This document shows, piece by piece, positions 28,638-38,270 of a stretch of DNA of 64,000 nucleotides. The position numbers and the translations under genes were made by a program. How positions within the stretch are numbered: the stretch's first letter is position 1; each line of letters opens with the position of its first letter. The notes under the pieces were generated by a model that searched no databases, was not told the DNA's origin, and saw only the letters and a list, made by a program, of their open reading frames with translations. Origin of the DNA: an uncultured delta proteobacterium (GTDB lineage Bacteria; Myxococcota; Myxococcia; Myxococcales; Myxococcaceae); NCBI GenBank assembly GCA_963771175.1, contig CAVYSY010000045.1:64001-128000 (forward strand), read 5' to 3'.

Positions 28638-29204
28638 TCAGACCTTGGCCTGGGAGATGTCGAGCGAGCTGATTCCCGGGCTGGTCCTGAGCGGCGTGCC
28701 CTCCTGGAGGATGAGCATCCGCACCCGGTAGAGCACCGAGGGCAGATAGCGCAGGGACAGCGTGCCCCAGAGTTGGTTCTGCTCCTCGAAGGTCTGCGAA
28801 TGCAGCTCGACGAGCAGCTTCTCGAGGGACTCGTCCATCCCGGGGCTGTTGGTGCGATCGAAGACCGGCCGGGACTGGAAGAAGGACACGGTCGCCGACA
28901 GGAACTTGAGCGCGTCCGCGTAGCTGGTGCCATGCGCCACCACCAGCAGGAACAGGTTCAACTTGATGTCTGGTTGAACCTCTTCAATCTGACCGTCGCG
29001 CTTGCGCGTGGCCGTCTGGGTCTTGACGACGCGCTCCTCCTCGATGCGCACGAGGCTGAGCGTGAGAGGGTGGGCGGGTGAGGCGTCCTTGCTCTGATCG
29101 GGTACGGGGCCGAGCGAGGCCCGGTCGGTGCCGTCGCTTCCAAAGCGCGCGTTGAGGAACGCGTTGAGCTGCCCGGTAAGCACCGTCAACGCCTTGTCGA
29201 TCAA
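28638..29204 (-). CDS. DUF4255/Pvc16-like cap (tail terminator) protein
   Basis: TTG start (MIDKAL) with GAGGTG RBS; YADALKFLS, FFQSRPVF, LWGTL..YLPSVLYRVR. Confidence 0.85.
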   Translation of the reverse strand: MIDKALTVLTGQLNAFLNARFGSDGTDRASLGPVPDQSKDASPAHPLTLSLVRIEEERVVKTQTATRKRDGQIEEVQPDIKLNLFLLVVAHGTSYADALKFLSATVSFFQSRPVFDRTNSPGMDESLEKLLVELHSQTFEEQNQLWGTLSLRYLPSVLYRVRMLILQEGTPLRTSPGISSLDISQAKV

Positions 29205-29290
29205 ACCGACACCTCGTCCCCCTTCGGGAGTGCGGCAACGACAGATCATCAGCGCCCGTTGCGGTGGGCACCTGTTCACGGAGCGGTGGC

Positions 29291-29338
29291 ACGATAGGAG
29301 TTGGCGGAGCGGACAGTCAAGAAATCGATAGTCCGCTC
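29291..29338 (-). promoter_or_regulatory. Putative sigma70-type promoter of the eCIS operon with an overlapping inverted repeat
   Basis: Minus strand TTGACT (29320-29315), 18 nt, TATCGT (29296-29291). GAGCGGAC/GTCCGCTC inverted repeat at 29307-29314 and 29331-29338. Confidence 0.45.
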
Positions 29339-29437
29339 GCCTGCAAGACAAGCGAATTCCAGCCCAGGGTTTTCGCGAACCCCGAGAAGATCAGCAGTCG
29401 CGGTCTTGTTACATCCCGGCGGTAGTGACGGAGCGGC

Positions 29438-30070
29438 CTAGTCCCAGATGAAGAGCCACTTCACGCCCTTGGCCAGCCCGTAGAAGATCCACCCCACGGG
29501 GCCGGGCCTCACGGGCCGCTCGAAGTCGAGCTGCACGGTGGCCAGCGCTACCGCTCCTTCCATCGTCTCCAGCCGCGCCTTCAGCGACTCGTACTCCACC
29601 GTCACCCGCTCCAACTCCTTCTCCACCAGCACTGCCTCGGACACCGTCGCCGCCCTGTCCAGGAGTTGGAGGTAGCGCTGCTTGGCCCGCTCCAGCGTCT
29701 CCAGCCGCACCCGCAGATCCTGGTGGGCCTCCGTCACGTCCTCTGCCGACACCCGACGCTCGGCCACCGTGCCCAGGTCCGGCACCTTCTCCATGAAAGG
29801 CTCGAGCTGCCCCGCCGGGATGCGCACCGTCGCCGAGGCATCCGAGACGAGCTGGGCATAGCCCCCGTGCGCCTTCGCCAGGGCCACTGCCTCCGTCGGC
29901 CCCTGCTCCGGCTCGGGGCGCTCCAGCCGCACCTGCACCGTGGTGATGATGGAGCGGTCCTTCATCGCCTGACCCGAGGCAGGGGCCTCCTGGGACATGC
30001 CGGGCGGAGGGCCCATGCGGGTGGCGCAGGCCGGGAGAACGAGCAACAGGAGCAGGACGGAGAGGCGCAC
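29438..30070 (-). CDS. DUF4349-like lipoprotein
   Basis: Signal peptide with LPAC lipobox; SATVRIP, AEDVT, coiled coil, C-terminal hydrophobic helix. Confidence 0.75.
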   Translation of the reverse strand: MRLSVLLLLLVLPACATRMGPPPGMSQEAPASGQAMKDRSIITTVQVRLERPEPEQGPTEAVALAKAHGGYAQLVSDASATVRIPAGQLEPFMEKVPDLGTVAERRVSAEDVTEAHQDLRVRLETLERAKQRYLQLLDRAATVSEAVLVEKELERVTVEYESLKARLETMEGAVALATVQLDFERPVRPGPVGWIFYGLAKGVKWLFIWD

Positions 30071-30147
30071 GGGATTCCTTTTGACTCGACGGAGCGCCTT
30101 GGGACGCTCTCGGCGCGGGCCGGGTTCCAGACGTGCGCCGCTGACTT

Positions 30148-30360
30148 CTAGGAGGCTCGAGGCAGCTTGTGGCGGCCTATGCCGTCCTCCGCGTCGTCCG
30201 ACTCGTAGTAGAGGGTGGCCCCTCCCTCGTCGTAGACGACCAGCACGCGCTCGCTCTGGTTCAGCAGACCCGTGGCGGCTGCTTCCGCCTTGCGGACCAG
30301 CGTGTCCGTCCGCGTGGGGCGCTTCTTGTTGTTGCCTGTACGCGTTGACGCACTGGGCAT
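30148..30360 (-). CDS. Small hypothetical protein (70 aa)
   Basis: AGGAG-like RBS upstream and plausible codon usage. Confidence 0.5.
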   Translation of the reverse strand: MPSASTRTGNNKKRPTRTDTLVRKAEAAATGLLNQSERVLVVYDEGGATLYYESDDAEDGIGRHKLPRAS

Positions 30361-30480
30361 GTGGGGGATGACTCCTTGGAACCCTCACGTACAGCGAGGG
30401 AGTAGCGTGCTATAGCCAACGGAACAGTTCGTTGACAAGCGCTTGACAACCCTCGGCCGGAGGCCAGGTAAGGAAGCGTC

Positions 30481-31084
30481 ATGAATCGTCTTCTCGTTCC
30501 CTGCCTCGTGTTCACCCTGTGTCTGTCCCCGGTCGCGCGGGCCCAGACGCAGCCTCCGCCCGAGACGGAATCTTCCACTCCCGCCTGGCTGCCGCGCGGC
30601 GCCTTCCTGGGCACCTTCATCCGGGGAGGAGCCGTCGCGCCCCAGGCGCGGCTGAGCTGGCAGATTCCCTTCTACCGGGGCCGCATCGACACCCTCTCAC
30701 TGGTCGTCGAGCCGCTGGCCGCGTACACGGCGTCCTTCCCCTCGTCCCTCGTCGACGAGCGCGGCGATCTCGACGCGCTGCGGCTCTATTCACTGGTGTT
30801 GGGGGTGGGGTACCGCAGCCGGCCCAAGTCCGGCATCGAGTGGGGTTTCCAGATTGGCACCGGCCCCGCCTGGTACTCCGCGAGCTTCTCCGCAGGCCAG
30901 CAAGGACTCGGAGTCCTACTTCGTCGGCTTGCTCGATGGGCGCGCGCAGATCGGCTACAACTTCGGGCGCATCTCGGCGGGCGTGGCGGTGGGTTATGGT
31001 GATCCTTACAACTACAGGCGTACGAGCCTGGCCCGTCCCTTCGTGGGCGGATTGCACTTGGGGTTGTACTCGGAGTGGCGCTAG
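30481..31084 (+). CDS. Exported or outer-membrane beta-strand protein, one frameshift at ~30895
   Basis: Signal peptide and amphipathic beta strands. Continues in ORF 30854..31084. Confidence 0.6.
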
Positions 31085-31130
31085 GCGCCTCTGGACCGTG
31101 ACCCCCCAGGTGGGGTGAAGTGCGTTCCGA

Positions 31131-31646
31131 ATGGTCGAGCTTCTCAGTCTGCACATCAGCCGCTTCCAGCGAGAGCGGGCTGAATACGAGCGCACGCTGC
31201 CGGCGGCGGTGCTCGTGTTCACGCCCGCTCCGGTCGCGTCGATGGCCACTGGCGACGAGGACGAGCACCACCACTTCCGTACGCTGACCAGCGTGGAGAC
31301 GCCCATGCTGGGAGTGGGCGAGCCCATCGTCTTCCCCGTGGTGAAGAACCAGGAGAACGCGTTCGGTCGCGGCATCACGGTGGGGCGCACGGGCAACAAC
31401 GACGTGGTGCTCGATGATGGCACCGTGTCGCGCTTCCACGCCTGGTTCCAGCGCGAGACGGGCGGGCGCTACGTCCTGACCGATGCGGGCTCGAAGAATG
31501 GCTCGTACGTGGCCGGGGTGCGACTGGCTCCCCGTCGTCCGTCCCCGGTGGTGGACGGCACCCGCCTGCGCTTCGGCCAGGTGGAGGTCACCTTTTATCT
31601 GGCGAGCGGCTTCACCAAGGTGCTCTCGCGGCGGACGGGGACGTGA
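31131..31646 (+). CDS. FHA domain protein
   Basis: ITVGRTGNNDVVL, VSRFHA, DAGSKNGS. Confidence 0.9.
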   Translation: MVELLSLHISRFQRERAEYERTLPAAVLVFTPAPVASMATGDEDEHHHFRTLTSVETPMLGVGEPIVFPVVKNQENAFGRGITVGRTGNNDVVLDDGTVSRFHAWFQRETGGRYVLTDAGSKNGSYVAGVRLAPRRPSPVVDGTRLRFGQVEVTFYLASGFTKVLSRRTGT

Positions 31647-31725
31647 GTCCGAGCCCCTTTCATGGATTTCTTGGTTTTTCGTAACGTGTGATTCACCCCT
31701 CTAGAAGGAACAGGGAGCGTTCGCG

Positions 31726-32997
31726 GTGCCATTGACCACAGAGGCGTTCGGCCAGACCGACGTGGGCCGGAAGCGGCAGCACAATGAAGACTCGATGCTC
31801 GTGGACGCCCCGCTCGGCCTGTTCATCGTGGCCGACGGGATGGGCGGCCATGCGGCCGGCGAGGTGGCCAGTGCTCGCGCCACCGAGGTCGTGCGCCAGC
31901 ACATGGCGGCCAATCGGCACCTGCTCAAGGACCTGAGCACCAACCCCACGCAGGAGAGCCGCAACGCGGCCCAGGCGTTGATGGAGGTGGCCATCCAGCG
32001 CGCCTGCGCGGACATCTTCCGCATGGCCCTGGCCGACACCACCAAGCGCGGCATGGGCACCACCTTCGTGTGCCTCGCCGTGAGCGGCAACAAGGGCGTC
32101 ATCGGCCACGTGGGTGACTCGCGCGTCTATCTGGTGCGCCACGGTCAGTGCCACCGGCTCACCGAGGACCACACCCTGGTGGCCGCCCAGCTCAAGGCCG
32201 GCACCATCACCAAGGAGCAGGCCGCCACCTCGCAGTACCGCAACGTGATTACGCGCGCGGTGGGCATCCAGGAGTCCGTCCAGGTCGACACCCTCATCGT
32301 CGATCTCTTCCCGGGCGACCTCTTCGTGTTGTGCTCGGACGGTCTGCACGGCTACCTGGATGACGACGAGGTGCTGCCCTTCGTGCAGGGCGCCACGGCG
32401 TCGGAGCTGCCCAAGAAGTTCATCGACCTGGCCAACGAGCGCGGTGGCAAGGACAACATCACCGCGGTGGTGGTGAAGATCTCCGGCGAGGGCACGCTCG
32501 AGGCGGAGACCACCGAGGCCCAGTCGCGCATGGAGGCGCTGCGGAAGATTCCCCTCTTCCGCCACCTCACCTACAAGGAGCAGACGGCGGTGCTGTCCAT
32601 CGCCACCACGCGCACCTTCCCCGCCGGGAGGGAGATTGTCGTGGAGGGCCAGCCGGGCGAGGAGCTCTTCGTGGTCATCCGCGGCCGGGTGGCCATCGAG
32701 AAGAGCGGGGTGGAGATCGCCGAGCTGCGGCCCGGCGGCCACTTCGGCGAGATGGGCCTCATCGACAACGCCCCCCGTTCGGCCACCGTGCGAGCCGTCG
32801 AGCCCACGCGCACCATGGTCATCTCGCGCGTGGACCTGATGGGACTCATGAAGCGCGAGTCCATCCTGGCGGTGAAGATGCTCTGGAGCTTCGTCCAGGT
32901 GCTGTCGGATCGTCTGCGGGCCACCAACTCGGAGCTGAGCGAGGCCCGGCAGGAGCTGGCGGTGGCGCAGGCCATCCAGCCCTTCGCCGAGGAGTGA
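31726..32997 (+). CDS. PP2C-family Ser/Thr phosphatase with C-terminal cyclic-nucleotide-binding domain
   Basis: NEDS, VADGMGGH, HVGDSR, CSDGL, GGKDNIT; FGEMGLIDNAPRSATV. Confidence 0.92.
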   Translation: MPLTTEAFGQTDVGRKRQHNEDSMLVDAPLGLFIVADGMGGHAAGEVASARATEVVRQHMAANRHLLKDLSTNPTQESRNAAQALMEVAIQRACADIFRMALADTTKRGMGTTFVCLAVSGNKGVIGHVGDSRVYLVRHGQCHRLTEDHTLVAAQLKAGTITKEQAATSQYRNVITRAVGIQESVQVDTLIVDLFPGDLFVLCSDGLHGYLDDDEVLPFVQGATASELPKKFIDLANERGGKDNITAVVVKISGEGTLEAETTEAQSRMEALRKIPLFRHLTYKEQTAVLSIATTRTFPAGREIVVEGQPGEELFVVIRGRVAIEKSGVEIAELRPGGHFGEMGLIDNAPRSATVRAVEPTRTMVISRVDLMGLMKRESILAVKMLWSFVQVLSDRLRATNSELSEARQELAVAQAIQPFAEE

Positions 32998-33101
32998 GCC
33001 CCGGGGGTGGGAAGACGTCGAGCGGGCGACGCGTTGGAATGAACCGCTCGAAATGTCGGTTGGCGGGCCGGTCGCGGGGGTAACGTCCCGCACCGGTCCG
33101 C

Positions 33102-36068
33102 ATGCGGAAATGGCTTGTCATAGGGGCGGCAGCCGCCCTGGTCGTCGTAGCGGTGGCGATGCTGTGGCCTCGGGACGAATCGCTCCAGGGGCCCATGGAG
33201 GCCAGCGCGCCCGCCGTGCGAGCGCTGCCCGAGTTCGAGTCGGTGGAGGTGTCCTCCGGCGAGGCCGAGGGCCTCACCCTCACCGGGCGGGTGCTGGACG
33301 CCGCCGGCAGGCCGGTGGCGGGGGCGGACGTGTTCCTCTCCGCGAGCGCGCAGAAGACGCTCGACTCGGTGCGCTGTGACGAGTGCGGGCTGGCGCTGCT
33401 GGCCTGTCCGGCGCGGGAGAGCGGCCTGCACGCGCTGGCTTTCTTCGAGCAGGCGCGGGGTTTCCTCCAGGCGAAGGCCACCGCGCGCACGGACGCGCAG
33501 GGGCGCTTCCGTTTCGAGCACCTGGCGGGCGTGTCCTTCTCCGTGTGGGCCCGGGCGCCGGGCTTCGGCTCGGCCATGCGCGAGCGCGCGGCCCCGGGCG
33601 AGTCGGTGGACCTGTACCTGCCTCCGTTGAGGAGCATTGGTGGGCAGGTGGTGGACGAGGCGGGCCAGCCGGTGCCGGGGGCGCGCATCCACGCGGTGTC
33701 GCGCAAGGTGCCGCTGCCGTACGAGGCGGTGGCGAAGGAGGATGGCTTCTTCACGCTGCCGGAGCTCGGCGAGGGGCCCTTCTACGTGCTGGCCACCGCG
33801 AAGGGCTTCCTCCCGACGGTGGAGCCCCTGGTGGAGGCGGGCCCGCAGTTGGTGCGGCTGCGACTGGAGCCCTCGCGGACGCTGGAGGTGCGCGTCACCC
33901 GCCAGGGCGCGCCCGTGGTGGCCACGGTGCGGCTGAAGGCGGACCACCTGGCGCGCGAGTCCCGCACCGAGGGTGGGGTGGCGCGCTTCGAGGGCCTGTA
34001 CCCGGACGAGCTGGTGGTGACGGCCGAATCCGGCAAGCTGGGCGCGGTGCCGCGGACCCTCACGCTCGACGAGCGCCTCACGCAGGTGACGCTCGAGCTG
34101 GAGGAGGCGGGCACGCTGCTCGTCACCGTGGTGGACGAGGCCGGGCAGCCGGTGCCCTCGCCGGAGCTGGTGCTGCGCTCGGTGCGCGGGCAGGCCATCC
34201 AGTCGCAGAAGCCGTCCACGGGAGCGCTGGTGCAGTTCGGCCCGCTCGCCATGGGTGACTACGAGCTGGAGGGGCACGCGAAGGGCTACCAGGACGCGCG
34301 GTTGCCGGCGCGGGTGAAGCCGGGCGAGACGATGCTGGAGCTGGAGCTGGCCCGCGCCACGCTCATCTCCGGGCAGGTGTTGGACCAGTACGGCCGGCCG
34401 GCGCCCAATGTGACGGTGCTGGTGCAGCCCACGGGCGAGACGGTGGTGGCGGACGCGGAGGGCCTCTTCTCCGCGGCGGTGCCCACGCCGGGCCTGTACG
34501 AGCTGCACGCGCACCACTCCGAGTGGGGCGGCGGGCAGGTGAAGGTGACGGCGCCGGCCGAGGACGTGAAGCTGGGGCTGGAGCCCCGGGCCTCGCTGGA
34601 GGTGACGGTGATGGCGGAGGGGCGCCGCGTGGAAGGCGCGGACGTGATGCTGTGGCTGGAGGACGAGGGCATCTTCCGCAGCGACACTTCCTCCGGGCCG
34701 GACGGGCTGGTGCCCATGCGCGGGCTGCCGTCGGGGACGTATTCGATGCTGGCCACGCACCGGGACTACGTGCCCTCGGAGCCGCGGAAGGTGGTGGTGG
34801 TGGATGGGCAGACACAGCGGGAGACGGTGACGCTCGCCTCGGGGGCGGCGCTCAGCGGCGAGGTGGTGGACACGCGGGGTGCGCCGGTGGCGGGAGCGTC
34901 GGTGTCGGTGCTGCCGCGCCTGGCCCAGCCGGTGACGACGGATGCGCGGGGGCACTTCGAGATCCGCGCGCTGAAGCCCGAGCGCTCCTTCCAGGTGGAG
35001 GCGCGGCACCCGGGGTACGACCAGCGCGAGCGCGTGCAGGCGAAGGCGGGCTCCGGCTCGGTGCAGGTGGTGATGGAAGCGCGGAGCATGTTCCGCGGCC
35101 GGGTGGTGGCCAGCGATGGCGAGCCGGTGCGGCGCTTCCGGCTGGACGAGCACGACGTGACGAGCCCGGACGGGCGCTTCGAGGTGGCGCTGCCCACGGC
35201 GGGCGATCGCGTCATCGTATCGGTGGAGGCGCCGGGCTTCGAGCCGCTGATGGTGGACAAGCCGGTGCAGCCGGACCTGGGCGAGCTGGTGCTGGAGCGG
35301 GCGCCGACGGTGACGGGGCTGGTGCGGGACGAGGGCGGCGGGCCGGTGGCGGACGCGGTGGTGTCGTGCGATGCGTGCGAGGACTCGGTGATGACGGGGC
35401 CGGATGGGCGCTTCGCGCTGCCGAGCCCGCCCTTCGTGGCGAAGTTCACCGTGTCGGCGCGCAAGGGGCGGTTGAGCGCGTCGGTGCCGGCCACGCGCGA
35501 GGGGACGAAGGCGGTGGAGCTGGTGCTGAAGCCGGCCACGCGGCTGTACGGGACGGTGTACCAGCCGGGCGGGACGCCGGCGGCGGGCTTCCAGTTGGAG
35601 GGCGTCAACGCGGACCGGGGCGAGCCCATCAGCATCGTCACGGGCCCGGACGGGAGCTACAGCGTGGACGTGTCGCCGGGCCACTACCGCTTCGCGCTGG
35701 GCGTGGCGCGCGAGTTCTCCGGCGAGCCGGCGCTGCTGGTGCAGGTGGGGGGAGGGGAGCTGCGATTGGACGTGGGGCCGGCGCCGGGCACGGGCTCGCT
35801 GTCGGTGCAGCTCAAGCCCGAGATGGGCAAGGCGCTGTGGGTGGTGGCCGGAGACGTGGGTTCCGTGAGCAACCCGCCGAGGGAGCTGATGCAGGCCAGC
35901 TACGGGCAGCTCCTCTACCAGCCTCGCGGCGAGCGGGTGACACTGCACGGGCTGCGGCCCGGACGCTACACCCTGGTCTGGGGGCACTTCCACGTGGACT
36001 CGGAGGGCGCTCCGGTTGTGCGCACGGTGGACGTGCCGAGCTCGGGAGACGTGGTCCTCGCTCCGTGA
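33102..36068 (+). CDS. Membrane-anchored protein with repeated carboxypeptidase-regulatory-like domains
   Basis: N-terminal TM segment; repeated G.V.D..G.PV.GA.V units. Confidence 0.85.
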   Translation: MRKWLVIGAAAALVVVAVAMLWPRDESLQGPMEASAPAVRALPEFESVEVSSGEAEGLTLTGRVLDAAGRPVAGADVFLSASAQKTLDSVRCDECGLALLACPARESGLHALAFFEQARGFLQAKATARTDAQGRFRFEHLAGVSFSVWARAPGFGSAMRERAAPGESVDLYLPPLRSIGGQVVDEAGQPVPGARIHAVSRKVPLPYEAVAKEDGFFTLPELGEGPFYVLATAKGFLPTVEPLVEAGPQLVRLRLEPSRTLEVRVTRQGAPVVATVRLKADHLARESRTEGGVARFEGLYPDELVVTAESGKLGAVPRTLTLDERLTQVTLELEEAGTLLVTVVDEAGQPVPSPELVLRSVRGQAIQSQKPSTGALVQFGPLAMGDYELEGHAKGYQDARLPARVKPGETMLELELARATLISGQVLDQYGRPAPNVTVLVQPTGETVVADAEGLFSAAVPTPGLYELHAHHSEWGGGQVKVTAPAEDVKLGLEPRASLEVTVMAEGRRVEGADVMLWLEDEGIFRSDTSSGPDGLVPMRGLPSGTYSMLATHRDYVPSEPRKVVVVDGQTQRETVTLASGAALSGEVVDTRGAPVAGASVSVLPRLAQPVTTDARGHFEIRALKPERSFQVEARHPGYDQRERVQAKAGSGSVQVVMEARSMFRGRVVASDGEPVRRFRLDEHDVTSPDGRFEVALPTAGDRVIVSVEAPGFEPLMVDKPVQPDLGELVLERAPTVTGLVRDEGGGPVADAVVSCDACEDSVMTGPDGRFALPSPPFVAKFTVSARKGRLSASVPATREGTKAVELVLKPATRLYGTVYQPGGTPAAGFQLEGVNADRGEPISIVTGPDGSYSVDVSPGHYRFALGVAREFSGEPALLVQVGGGELRLDVGPAPGTGSLSVQLKPEMGKALWVVAGDVGSVSNPPRELMQASYGQLLYQPRGERVTLHGLRPGRYTLVWGHFHVDSEGAPVVRTVDVPSSGDVVLAP

Positions 36069-36087
36069 GGAGCCACCCTTCCTGCGC

Positions 36088-36822
36088 TCAGTGACGCGTG
36101 GATTCCGGTCGGGGCTCGCCAACCCTCAGGGGGCGCCCCTCGCCGCGAATCCGCTGGGCTTCGGGCCGCGCCAGGCCGCGCCCGCTCTCCGCCTCCGCGC
36201 GTTGTTTGATGCCCCGCAGCATCTTCCGCTCCAGGATGAAGTGCAGCGGTCCGAGGAACAGGGTGGGCAGGGGAGAGCCCGGCTTCCAGAGATACGCGGA
36301 GCGGACGCGGGAGACGATGCGCGTGGAGCCATCCTGCTCCGGGTAGAGCCCGAGCGACCAGCTCACCGAGGACTCTCCAGGCGGCGCGTCCGGTTGGGAG
36401 CCGATGACCAGGGCGGCATTGGGCTTCACGGCATGCACGGGCAGCTGGAGGCCCCGGGTCGCGGGGATGACATCTCCGGGCTGCAGATTCTGGAACTCGG
36501 GGATGACGTGCTCCACGGAGGAGATGCTCAGCTCGGCGAGTCGCTCGAACCACTCGTAGCCATAGAACCCGGCCCGGCCCATGCCGATCTGCACCACCCA
36601 GGGCCAGACCTCCTCGGGCGCGGCCTGGATGGTGATGGCCCGGTTGGTGACATAGACGGGCTTGCGCACCAGCTCGTCACCCGGCATGGGTCGGGTCCTC
36701 TCCTCTTGGGTCGCCCCCCAGCGCATGTGCCAGGGGCGGGCGATGAGGTAGTAGCCCGCCAGGCTGCCAGCCCCCACGGCGGCCAGCGTTCCGAGGGAAC
36801 TGCGATTTCCCGTGCGCCTCAT
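36088..36822 (-). CDS. SRPBCC-like protein
   Basis: WGATQEE..RPMPGD, RAITIQAAPEEVWPWVVQIG.GRAGFY. Confidence 0.75.
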   Translation of the reverse strand: MRRTGNRSSLGTLAAVGAGSLAGYYLIARPWHMRWGATQEERTRPMPGDELVRKPVYVTNRAITIQAAPEEVWPWVVQIGMGRAGFYGYEWFERLAELSISSVEHVIPEFQNLQPGDVIPATRGLQLPVHAVKPNAALVIGSQPDAPPGESSVSWSLGLYPEQDGSTRIVSRVRSAYLWKPGSPLPTLFLGPLHFILERKMLRGIKQRAEAESGRGLARPEAQRIRGEGRPLRVGEPRPESTRH

Positions 36823-36939
36823 GCGATGCCCTCCTTTGGAGCTGTGAGAGAGGGTGCGCCCGATTCAGGGGAGGGCAAGGCGCCCTGGAGGATGGGTCGG
36901 CGGTTGCGAGCCCGACTCCGCGCGCGTAAGGAAGCTCGC

Positions 36940-38157
36940 ATGGTGGCTTCGGCTCTGCAGGGACGTCGGGTGATTGTCGGCGTGGGCGGCGGCATCGCGG
37001 CGTACAAGGCGTGCGAGCTGGTGCGCGAGCTGGGGCGCGCCGGGGCGCAGGTGCGGGTGGCGATGACGGAGGCGGCGAAGCAGTTCGTCACCCCGCTCAC
37101 CTTCCAGGCGCTCAGCGGGCACCCGGTGCTGACGGACTACTTCGATCCCGCGCAGGAGGGGAACTTCGGTCACCTGGACCTGGCGCGCTGGGCGGAGCTG
37201 TACGTGGTGGCGCCGGCCACGGCGGACCTGCTGGCGCGCATCCGGGCGGGGATGGGGAACGACGCGGTGACGACATCGCTGCTCGCGTTCCGGGGGCCGG
37301 TGCTGCTGGCGCCCGCGATGAACGTGGCGATGTGGGAGAACGAGCGGACGCAGGAGAACGTGGAGGTCCTGCGCACCTCGCCGCGCTTCCATGTGGTGGG
37401 GCCGGGTGCGGGGCTGCTCGCGTGCGGAGACGTGGGGGCGGGGCGACTGGCGGAGGTGGGCAACATCGTGGAGGCGGCGGCGAGCCTCTTCGCCGAGGGG
37501 CCACTGGCGGGCCGGCGGGTGCTCATCACCGCGGGGCCCACGCGCGAGTACCTGGACCCGGTGCGGTTCATCTCCAACCCCTCGACGGGGAAGATGGGGC
37601 TGGCGCTGGCGGAGGCCGCGCGGGCGATGGGGGCGCGGGTGACGGTGGTGCTGGGCCCGGTGGGCGAGGTGGCGCGAGGTGGCTACGAGGTGGTGGACGT
37701 GGTGAGCGCGGAGGACATGGCGCGCGAGGTGCTGGCGCGGGTGGAGGAAGTGGACTGCTTCATCGCCTCGGCGGCGGTGGGCGACTGGAAGCCGCAGCTG
37801 CGGGAGTCGCAGAAGGTGAAGAAATCGGAGGGCCCGGAGACGCTGACGCTGGTGCGCACGCCGGACGTGCTGGCCGAGGCCTCGCGGCGGGTGGCGGGGC
37901 GGGCGCGGCGGCCGGTGCTGGTGGGCTTCGCGGCGGAGACGCAGCGGGTGGTGGAGTACGCGCGGGAGAAGCTGGAGCGGAAGGCGCTGGATGCGATCGT
38001 CGCGAACGACGTGACGGCGCCGGGCGCGGGCTTCGGGGTGGACACCAACCAGGTGACGGTGCTGACGCGGGACGGCAGGCAACAGGAGCTGTCGGGGACG
38101 AAGCGGGAGGTGGCTCGTTCCGTCCTGGAGCTCGTCAAGGACCTCCTCCCGCATTAA
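36940..38157 (+). CDS. coaBC: Bifunctional phosphopantothenoylcysteine decarboxylase/ligase
   Basis: GGIAAYKA, APATAD, PAMN, TAGPTREYLDPVRFISN.STGKMG, GFAAET. Confidence 0.95.
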   Translation: MVASALQGRRVIVGVGGGIAAYKACELVRELGRAGAQVRVAMTEAAKQFVTPLTFQALSGHPVLTDYFDPAQEGNFGHLDLARWAELYVVAPATADLLARIRAGMGNDAVTTSLLAFRGPVLLAPAMNVAMWENERTQENVEVLRTSPRFHVVGPGAGLLACGDVGAGRLAEVGNIVEAAASLFAEGPLAGRRVLITAGPTREYLDPVRFISNPSTGKMGLALAEAARAMGARVTVVLGPVGEVARGGYEVVDVVSAEDMAREVLARVEEVDCFIASAAVGDWKPQLRESQKVKKSEGPETLTLVRTPDVLAEASRRVAGRARRPVLVGFAAETQRVVEYAREKLERKALDAIVANDVTAPGAGFGVDTNQVTVLTRDGRQQELSGTKREVARSVLELVKDLLPH

Positions 38158-38270
38158 AACATTCCCGCCTCCAACATGGCGTCCCCGCTCGACCCTGGGG
38201 TAAGCGTACAGGCGCCCTACCCGGCAGGCGGTTGAATCGAAGTACCCGGACCCATAAACCCCTAGGCACC

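Noticed and set aside
7518..29204. Prophage or T6SS interpretation
   Set aside because: No capsid, portal, terminase, integrase or TssJLM/ClpV genes; gene set fits eCIS.
30432..30450. Tandem TTGACA boxes in the divergent intergenic region
   Set aside because: No convincing -10 element at correct spacing could be assigned.
32571..36122. 1183-aa minus-strand ORF
   Set aside because: His/Arg-rich shadow of the plus-strand 33102..36068 gene.
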